Part shown: piece by piece, positions 26,064 to 32,330 of the stretch
How positions within the stretch are numbered: the first letter of the stretch is position 1
Layout: the number at the start of each line of letters is the position of its first letter
IMG/VR virus record: IMGVR_UViG_3300036886_000049
Coordinates: 1 to 32,330 of that record
DNA from: a virus
Taxonomy: Duplodnaviria > Caudoviricetes
Length of the DNA: 32,330 nt
Direction: 5' to 3' (one strand)
The notes under the pieces: model-generated
What the model saw: only the letters and a program-made list of their open reading frames with translations
What the model was told of the DNA's origin: nothing
The model's database searches: none
Program-made: the position numbers and the translations under genes

Positions 26064-26315
26064 CGCTCCTTGATTTTGGGTTACTCGCGTGCATCGGCTC
26101 GCTCGTTGCCAGTGGTTGACTCCTGCTCGGTGGCTCGCTCGATGAACCTGGTTTTCTCCCCTCCGCTGGCTCGCTCTCCATGTATGGGTGTCTTCGCGGT
26201 GTAGGCTCGCTCTTGACTGCTGGGTGACTCGGCAACCGTGGCTCGCTCGTACACGTTGGGTGACTCGTGAGCGCTGGCTCGCTCTGAATCTGTGGTTGAC
26301 TCAAACCAGATGGCG
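26064..26315 (-). repeat. TIGR-like dual-repeat array: 7 units of 36 bp, 14 unique short spacers
   Basis: Strict 18-bp period; alternating 10-bp repeats GAGCGAGCCA and GAGTCA(A/C)CCA separated by 8 variable nt. Confidence 0.85.
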
Positions 26316-26321
26316 TTCATG

Positions 26322-26489
26322 TTATGCGCTGTGCTTCTTCCCGAGATATTCCTCCTCGTAGGGTGCGCGGACTGGCAGTCCCTCAAGGGTACGCCACGCC
26401 ACGTACAGGTCGCGCAGGTAGATCGGGGTGGACAGGCGAAAGGGAAGGTCTCCCGATATGGCGAATCCGAAGGTGATCTCATACCTCAT
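26322..26489 (-). CDS. 55-aa ORF with Tas/Nop-family-like C-terminus (truncated Tas remnant or mini-protein)
   Basis: GGAGGT-8 nt-ATG; MRYEITFGFAISGDLPFRLSTPIYLRDLYVAWRTLEGLPVRAPYEEEYLGKKHSA; stop lies 6 nt before the array. Confidence 0.65.
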   Translation of the reverse strand: MRYEITFGFAISGDLPFRLSTPIYLRDLYVAWRTLEGLPVRAPYEEEYLGKKHSA

Positions 26490-27213
26490 CGGGGGTTACC
26501 TCCAAGGCCAGGGCCTTTTGCTCAAACATGGCGACAACACTCTCACGGGCCTCGGGGAACGGGGCCAGCGCAGCAATGATGTCGGACATGACAAAGCTCC
26601 AGATTTCGGTTCGGCTGATGTTGATCTTCACTTCCCCGCCCATCTTCTGGAGGTAGGCCACGCGGTCGATGACCTCCATCGCCAGGCGCATCGCGTCGTG
26701 GTAGAGCCGGCGGGTGTCGTCGCGCTTGACGGTGAACTCGAAGGCGGACTTGCCGCTCTCGGCCATCTGAGCGATGAGGACGGAGAGCTGGGTGGTCTTG
26801 CGCCGCGTGATGGGCGCGCCGTTCTTCGTCTCCTCGCCGGTGTCCTGATCGTAGTGGGCCACGACCTCCTCGGCCTGGAGGCCCATCCAGATTTTGGTGG
26901 GGTCGTTGGGGTCCTTCAGGTACTCCTCGAAGGCGGTGATGTTCCGCGCCGCCCGGTCGGCCATCTCCTCCAGCTTGGTGAGGAGTCCGTCCACGGTGCG
27001 CATCCCGCGCGCAGCGCGCCGCTGGGCAAGGACCTCGGCAACCCACTTCTGGCGGTACTGGCGGACAGTTCCCGCGGAGATCCCGTGGCGGCGCCCGATC
27101 TGCGCGTCGGTTCCGCGGTCGTCCTCGATGTCCTTGAGGATGGCGGCCCTCCGAGGGTGGGTGTCGATGACGGTGGCCTGCGGGGCGCGAAGGTGGCGCG
27201 AGGGGGTGCTCAT
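26479..27213 (-). CDS. Probable terminase small subunit (N-terminal HTH)
   Basis: TDAQIGRRHGISAGTVRQY HTH, helical body, upstream of terL. Confidence 0.55.
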   Translation of the reverse strand: MSTPSRHLRAPQATVIDTHPRRAAILKDIEDDRGTDAQIGRRHGISAGTVRQYRQKWVAEVLAQRRAARGMRTVDGLLTKLEEMADRAARNITAFEEYLKDPNDPTKIWMGLQAEEVVAHYDQDTGEETKNGAPITRRKTTQLSVLIAQMAESGKSAFEFTVKRDDTRRLYHDAMRLAMEVIDRVAYLQKMGGEVKINISRTEIWSFVMSDIIAALAPFPEARESVVAMFEQKALALEVTPDEV

Positions 27214-27464
27214 TTCGACCTCGGGTAGTTAGGATCGACCCAATGCTGCATGAAGAGGATGAAGTCGCGGACGCTGAACGTCGGCGGGTGCTGACCTCCG
27301 TGCCACCTGCCCGAACGATGTATCAGACCGACGATGGTGACGCGGTGGTCCCTCTTGGCGAGCCAGTTCTCGATCAGGGCCTCGATGCCGGCCGTCCAGT
27401 TCTTCAGGAAGCCATAAGGAACCGCACGTCGCACCGCGGCGACGATTCTCAGGAGGCGCTTCAT
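27210..27464 (-). CDS. Hypothetical protein (MKRLLRIVAAV...)
   Basis: ATGA overlaps at both ends; start re-called at 27464. Confidence 0.55.
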   Translation of the reverse strand: MKRLLRIVAAVRRAVPYGFLKNWTAGIEALIENWLAKRDHRVTIVGLIHRSGRWHGGQHPPTFSVRDFILFMQHWVDPNYPRSK

Positions 27465-28036
27465 CGGGTGAGCCTCGCAAGGTCGATGAGCTTGGACAGG
27501 ACGAAGCGGGTCATCTTCAGGTCGAAGGATGCGTCGTGGGCGCCGGTGGTGTCCATCCCGAAGTGGAGGGCCAGGTCGGTGAGTTTGGCGTCTGCCAGGG
27601 GTACGTCCACGCCCATGTAGGCCAGCGCTGCCAGGAGGGATGACGGGTCCAGGGCCGCGAAGTGGAACCACGATCCGAAGTAGTCGTCGTGGTTGTCCTT
27701 CCAGAGTTGGCGCAGGAAGGCCATGTCGAAGTCCCGCACGTTGTACCCGCCGGCCATGAACTTGTCGTGGTGGTCGTACTTGTCCACGTACTGGCCGAAG
27801 ATGTCCAGCAGGGAGTAGTACATCCCCCGGGGCGGGGGGAATCCAAGGAGCTGCCCGCGGCTGAAGTGGTTGATGTTCAGGGCCGAGTCGTCGATGGCCT
27901 TGCCCTCACAGGAGGAGCGCAGTTCTCCCGAGGCCACTTCCTGGCCGTCGATCTCCACGGCGTAGGACAGGCTGATGATGCCGTGGTGCGCGGGGTCGAG
28001 GCCGCTCGTTTCCAAATCCATCCAGAAAATCTTCAT
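27461..28036 (-). CDS. DEDDh 3'-5' exonuclease (DnaQ-like)
   Basis: ExoI DLETSG, ExoII YNVRDFD, ExoIII HDASFD. Confidence 0.9.
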   Translation of the reverse strand: MKIFWMDLETSGLDPAHHGIISLSYAVEIDGQEVASGELRSSCEGKAIDDSALNINHFSRGQLLGFPPPRGMYYSLLDIFGQYVDKYDHHDKFMAGGYNVRDFDMAFLRQLWKDNHDDYFGSWFHFAALDPSSLLAALAYMGVDVPLADAKLTDLALHFGMDTTGAHDASFDLKMTRFVLSKLIDLARLTR

Positions 28037-28048
28037 GTCATCCTCCTG

Positions 28049-28354
28049 TCAGTCATGGGTGTCTCCCGCCGCCGCCCGCTTCCCGTCGTGCAGGGGAAGC
28101 TCCTTCTTTGCCGAAGCCTCCTCCAGCTTGTGACTCTCCGCGTGAACCTGAATCCTCATGGCGAATATCTCATGGACTCCCGGTGGAACTCTGAACGTAG
28201 ACGGGTGCTCCTGAAGAACGACCTGGCGTAGCGCGTCAATCCACCTGTCATTCTTCTTGTTGGCATCCAGCCAGATTTCAACCTCCCGTTTCATCGCCTG
28301 GGTGTACTTTCCGTAGACCGCCTCAGCCCACGCCGTGAACTGCTGTGCTGTCAT
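28049..28354 (-). CDS. Hypothetical replication-associated protein
   Basis: TAATG coupling to the initiator gene; F.VPP motif; helicase-loader role is a positional guess. Confidence 0.6.
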   Translation of the reverse strand: MTAQQFTAWAEAVYGKYTQAMKREVEIWLDANKKNDRWIDALRQVVLQEHPSTFRVPPGVHEIFAMRIQVHAESHKLEEASAKKELPLHDGKRAAAGDTHD

Positions 28355-29241
28355 TACGCGGGCCCTCCCTCGATTATCTCTCTTACCGCAGGATCAAGCT
28401 CATCTTGGCGCATCGACTCCAGAACCCTGTCCCAGATACTCACCGTGTTCAGAGTGCTGGGCGTGAACGGCTGTCCCGCCCAGAACCTGTCTCTCGACTG
28501 CTTCAACTTCCAGAAGGCGTCGATCACCGCAGCAACTACCTCCTCAGCATTCTCCTTGTCCCTGGCTTTGGCCCTCTTGATGATCTGCTTGATCGACGCT
28601 CCCTCACGAGCGTAGTCGGTGAACTTATTCCCGTTCTGGCTCAGGAACGCCTGCTCAACCTTGTGGTACAACTCCCCATCCTCTCCTATAGTCTCCCGAG
28701 TTATCTTCTCTTTCTTCGAAGAAAGAGAATTAGGAAGTTCAGTATAAGATAAGGTGTCGCGAGGACTCGTCGAGGACTCGTCGAATGATCCAGGAGTTGT
28801 AGTCGAATCATTGGTTTTGGACACACTGAGCTTTTTTGTATTCGACGAACGCTCGACGAGTAATCGACGAGTAATCGACGATAGATCAGCGAGGACTTCT
28901 ACCGTAGAATCGTCTATCCCTGGAATGGTTGATGGAGTGGGTCTGTCTATTCTCTGGTAGCGAAACCAATTAGGATGCCATAGATAGGCATAGCTATCAT
29001 CCCTGTAAACCACCACCAGACCGGACCTGGCTATTTGCTCAAGATCAACACCCACCATTTTCTCGCTGAAGTTGTCGCACGGATGAACCCTGGCTCTGAA
29101 AAGAGGCAGTGATACCTTCACCCGTCCATCGTCGTCAGCTTGTGATATCAGGTAGATGTACAACTTGAACTGAGAATCGGTCAGCTCCATCACCTGCTGA
29201 CTATCCCATATCCTCGGATCAATCATCCGTTTCCTTGCCAC
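28354..29241 (-). CDS. Phage replication initiator / replisome organiser
   Basis: ARKRMIDPRIW..KLYIYLISQADDDGR..PNWFRYQRIDRPTPS.IP N-terminus; internal iterons; start re-called at GTG 29241 after AAAGGA. Confidence 0.8.
   Translation of the reverse strand: MARKRMIDPRIWDSQQVMELTDSQFKLYIYLISQADDDGRVKVSLPLFRARVHPCDNFSEKMVGVDLEQIARSGLVVVYRDDSYAYLWHPNWFRYQRIDRPTPSTIPGIDDSTVEVLADLSSITRRLLVERSSNTKKLSVSKTNDSTTTPGSFDESSTSPRDTLSYTELPNSLSSKKEKITRETIGEDGELYHKVEQAFLSQNGNKFTDYAREGASIKQIIKRAKARDKENAEEVVAAVIDAFWKLKQSRDRFWAGQPFTPSTLNTVSIWDRVLESMRQDELDPAVREIIEGGPA
28766..28882. repeat. Iteron cluster, probable replication origin
   Basis: TCGACGA(G) at 28842, 28853, 28864, 28875 (11-bp period) and inverted copies CTCGTCGA at 28766, 28777 around an AT-richer core. 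Confidence 0.7.
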
Positions 29242-29729
29242 CAAGATTCCTTTCCAAGACGACGGGCAGCACAACGCGCCAGGTGATTAGGTCTGGCATC
29301 CCCAGAAGGAAGGACTGTTGAACTGCCCGTGATCTTGACCCTCTGTTTGCGTCGTCAATCACACGACTCGCATAGTGAACCACCGCAGAATCCAGTTGTC
29401 AAGAAGAATCTTTCGAAATCGTCTCCCCTCCTGGTCACGTAACTCGCACACGGACGAGGGGAAGCAGGGAGAGGGTAAGGGCGCGCGCGGACCCCAGCGG
29501 ACCCCGCCTCGCCCTGGGCGCGGGTCCTTCTGGGAGAATCGACGCGGGGAGGGGTGCGTGCTCTTTCTGTGCGTTCTGTGCGTTCTCTGTGAGATTCCCT
29601 TGACTTGTGCAACGTAACAGTAATTAGGTGATTATTGCCATAGGCAGACTATGTATGCGTGATAGCGCTCACTTGTCCATCATAGCGCACGCATCCACGA
29701 GCCAGCACGGGCGACGACGACCCGGTATG

Positions 29730-30146
29730 TCACTGTGATAGCATCACTGTGAGTCTATCTACTTCTGCCCTGAGTCTTGCGTTCTCCGCGAGTAGTTGTC
29801 CGATGATCTTTGACTCTTCGCTGTTGTGCTTGAACGTTGCCCATTCCAAGTTGTCGAGCCGATTGTTCAGCTTGTTGTTGTCGATGTGATGGACGACGCA
29901 TCCTTCTTGAACACCCTTGAATGTCCGGAGTACCAGGGTGTGGACGTGTTGAGTGTCGGGCCTTTTCCTTCCTGTCTTTGATTTGACTCCACCGAGCGTA
30001 ACACCGAGATAGTTGCCCATCATCCAGCCTTTGAGTATGCGAGTCTTACCACGGATAACGCTCTTGACTCTGCCGTGAGAGCTGACCCAGTAATCGGCTC
30101 CGAGTGTGTGCTTGTGCTGCCTAACCTGTTTCCATTCCTCTTTCAT
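29730..30146 (-). CDS. NUMOD4-like / HNH endonuclease
   Basis: EEWKQV..YWVSSHGRVKS; HVHTLVLRTF..VHHIDNNKLNNRLDNLEW. Confidence 0.9.
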   Translation of the reverse strand: MKEEWKQVRQHKHTLGADYWVSSHGRVKSVIRGKTRILKGWMMGNYLGVTLGGVKSKTGRKRPDTQHVHTLVLRTFKGVQEGCVVHHIDNNKLNNRLDNLEWATFKHNSEESKIIGQLLAENARLRAEVDRLTVMLSQ

Positions 30147-30231
30147 GGACGCAACGTATCATATGGCTACACTTACGTATAGTAGTATCTGAAAAATCTT
30201 CGGGTTTTCGTCGGATTATTGTCTATTGTGC

Positions 30232-30260
30232 TTGACATATACCCGAGTGTATGCGATTAT
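30232..30260 (+). promoter_or_regulatory. sigma70-like rightward promoter with an operator-like inverted repeat in the spacer
   Basis: TTGACA-17 nt-GATTAT; CATATAC-ccga-GTGTATG imperfect palindrome at 30236-30253. Confidence 0.6.
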
Positions 30261-30282
30261 GTAGACACGGAGGATGAAGAGG

Positions 30283-30435
30283 ATGAATACAACATTCTGG
30301 ATGGGTGACACGATGGTAACGGTGAAGGTGCGGGACGACCGGGAAATTGTCCGGGCACTTCGGGAGATCGTGATTCGGAAGGATTCACGGTACACGGCGC
30401 TTTACAATCGCAACACGGAAAAGGATGGGGACTGA
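30283..30435 (+). CDS. Small hypothetical protein (50 aa, MNTTFWMGDTMVTVKVRDD...)
   Basis: GGAGG RBS; fills the gap between the promoter and next gene; alternative in-frame ATG at 30274. Confidence 0.55.
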   Translation: MNTTFWMGDTMVTVKVRDDREIVRALREIVIRKDSRYTALYNRNTEKDGD

Positions 30436-30436
30436 C

Positions 30437-30664
30437 ATGCAGTACGAAAACTACGAAGTGTTTTACATGAGCTCATCGGACTTCATCGAATCGGAGAAAG
30501 ATACTTGGATGCGCGACCAGTACATAGAGTCAGACTATGACGCGGCATCACTCAAAGGCTGGTACTGGTGGGCGTGCATGCCGGGCTGTCTTCCTGATTC
30601 GGATGCTATCGGCCCGTTCGCTACGGAAGCAGAAGCAGAGGAAGACGCAAAGTCGGACGAATAG
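30437..30664 (+). CDS. Acidic small phage protein (GWYWWACMPGCLPDSDAIGPF motif)
   Basis: Motif recalled from uncharacterised phage proteins; ATG 1 nt after the previous stop. Confidence 0.75.
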   Translation: MQYENYEVFYMSSSDFIESEKDTWMRDQYIESDYDAASLKGWYWWACMPGCLPDSDAIGPFATEAEAEEDAKSDE

Positions 30665-30743
30665 ACCAGCACGCCGGATCGGTCTCAATCGGCGACCGGC
30701 CGGCGTAGTGCGAAAGACAGAGAACGGGAAAGGATGGCAAGGG

Positions 30744-32072
30744 ATGAATTACGGCAAGGGAGATCGTGTCACACTGAAAGCCGGCTACGGATATTGGGAC
30801 ACCACGTCCTATCCGTTGGGCGGGAAGTTTGGCCGGGCGCCGGCATGCGGATTGCCGTTGACGATCCGGGACGTTGGCAACGTCGGCAAGGGATGTAATG
30901 CATACGGGAAGACCGACGACGGCCGGAGTATCGCGTTTCACACTGACCATACGGAAGGCAATGCGCCGGGCGTTGTGATAGACACGGAAAGTGAACCGGA
31001 AGCCGAGGAAGCCCCGGAAGAAACCGGGCCGGTCACGGTTCCGCCGTTCTGCCACTATGAGGTATGGAACCGGGAAACGATAGCTCTGGAGCTGTGCGGC
31101 GCCGATGCACCGGACATCCTGACCGAAGACGGCAAGATCACTTGCACCGATCTATGCCAGGAACATGCGGCGTTTTGGATGGATTCAACGCGCGGCCCGT
31201 TCACGGCAAGCAAGAAGCCGCACCCGGCCGGCTACAATTGGTCGGCAAAGATGCGCGCGGCCTACGGAGTCAAAGCCGCATGGGTGGGCGGCGCGTTTCC
31301 CCTGGGGATACCGTCAGACGCCGGGAAGGCTGTCACGGCATTCTACACGGAAGCACAGAGAAGCCGGAACATGGCGCGCATTCCAGCGTCACCGGCCGGG
31401 GTATCCATCGAAGACTTTGCCAAGGATGAACGCACTGCGGCCGGAATGACCGTGGTGGACAAGAAGGCCGAGAAGCCGGAAGAGATCCGGGCGCGCCGGA
31501 TTGCAGAGAAGAAGGCACGCGCGGCCGAGCTCGTGAACGTCGAGCCTTGCCCTGTGGTGAGCGAGCCGGAACCGGTCGCGGTCGACCAGCCGGGCTACTG
31601 CGTCCAGATCAAGGTATACGGAGAATGGCGCACACAGAAAGCCGGGCTGGAAGGCGCCGCAGCCGGCAACATGCGGGACGGCATGGGGCGCATGGGATAC
31701 GAGGCCCGGGTGATGTACGGGCCGGGCGTGGTTGCCGATCCCGTGGAGATCAAAGAAGCCGAGCCGGAGCCGGTTGACTTCGCAGTTCTTGAAAAAAAAA
31801 TCCATGAGAATGTCACGGCCGGTCTTGGAACCGAGAACGCGCGAACCGTCAAGGCCGGGAATGCCGAGTACACCCGGGAGGAGATAGAGCGCGCGTGCGT
31901 CAAGCTGATGGAACAGAAAGACACCTACCGGGGGACCGGGATCCCGGGCGTGCTCTGGAATGTCGGCTTCCGGCTCGTGTACCAGAAGCGGGCCGGCAGT
32001 GATGCACAGATAGCATTCATCCGGGCCCTGATTGCCAAGAAGCCGGAGAAGTACGCTCCGCTTCTGGTGTAG
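30744..32072 (+). CDS. Hypothetical multidomain early protein
   Basis: Long ORF; start re-called at ATG 30744 (MNYGKGDRV); ends SDAQIAFIRALIAK. Confidence 0.7.
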   Translation: MNYGKGDRVTLKAGYGYWDTTSYPLGGKFGRAPACGLPLTIRDVGNVGKGCNAYGKTDDGRSIAFHTDHTEGNAPGVVIDTESEPEAEEAPEETGPVTVPPFCHYEVWNRETIALELCGADAPDILTEDGKITCTDLCQEHAAFWMDSTRGPFTASKKPHPAGYNWSAKMRAAYGVKAAWVGGAFPLGIPSDAGKAVTAFYTEAQRSRNMARIPASPAGVSIEDFAKDERTAAGMTVVDKKAEKPEEIRARRIAEKKARAAELVNVEPCPVVSEPEPVAVDQPGYCVQIKVYGEWRTQKAGLEGAAAGNMRDGMGRMGYEARVMYGPGVVADPVEIKEAEPEPVDFAVLEKKIHENVTAGLGTENARTVKAGNAEYTREEIERACVKLMEQKDTYRGTGIPGVLWNVGFRLVYQKRAGSDAQIAFIRALIAKKPEKYAPLLV

Positions 32073-32127
32073 GCTACGTCTGGACGCCGAGATAGGGATG
32101 AGCCTTTCGGCTCATGGGGGGGGGATC

Positions 32128-32238
32128 ATGCAGTGGTGGTGGTTGGTTATCGCTTATTTCGTGGTCGTCGGGTTTGCCTGGTCGCTGGTAGCGATCTCGA
32201 ACCTGAAAGCGCGCGCACAGAGAGCAAGGAGGAAGTAG
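32128..32238 (+). CDS. Small single-TM protein (36 aa)
   Basis: MQWWWLVIAYFVVVGFAWSLVAISNLKARAQRARRK. Confidence 0.5.
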   Translation: MQWWWLVIAYFVVVGFAWSLVAISNLKARAQRARRK

Positions 32239-32330
32239 ACCCAACAAAGGCGCCGGGCTCCGGGGCAGACCGAGCCGGGGCCGGCAAGAGCTGCGGGCGA
32301 CGAAGGGCGCCGAGCACACGGAGGATGAAT

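Noticed and set aside
739-26204. Long + strand ORFs (e.g. 739..2010, 8013..9989, 20838..22916, 24048..26204)
   Set aside because: Antisense shadows of GC3-rich - strand genes; no motifs or RBS
26064-26315. CRISPR array
   Set aside because: Repeats (10 bp, two alternating types) and spacers (8-9 nt) are far too short; no cas genes
26047-26482. ORFs 26047..26304 (SEP repeats) and 26081..26482 (ERA repeats) as repeat proteins
   Set aside because: Periodicity is a fixed 10-nt DNA motif with free 8-nt spacers, giving repeats in two frames at once; better explained as a nucleic-acid array
29355-29617. ORFs 29355..29612 (-) and 29375..29617 (+)
   Set aside because: Low-complexity translations driven by short repeats; no RBS or motifs
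1-32330. Alternative genetic code / stop-codon reassignment
   Set aside because: Genes are full length under the standard code, and TAA, TAG and TGA all serve as coupled stops

Overview
About 32 kb of a GC-rich tailed phage or prophage with a podovirus-type (T7/BPP-1-like) virion module. Reading right to left on the - strand: HNH, replication initiator with iterons, DEDDh exonuclease, terminase small subunit candidate, a large terminase split into separate ATPase and nuclease genes, portal, scaffold, initiator tRNA, major capsid, cement-like protein, tail tubes A and B, three internal virion proteins, tail fibres and a lysis cassette. A divergent + strand early region starts near 30.2 kb. The most notable element lies between terS and the terL ATPase. 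It is a 7 x 36-bp dual-repeat array (26064-26315) with the architecture of a TIGR (tandem interspaced guide RNA) array. Directly upstream is a 55-aa ORF, absent from the ORF track, whose C-terminal half resembles the end of Nop-domain Tas proteins; no full-length Tas is visible in the window. The packaging region also holds a candidate ~150-nt multi-stem ncRNA with loops complementary to the phage's own RBS motif, and two genes that appear to start at ATC. All family assignments come from motif recognition by eye; no database searches were run.
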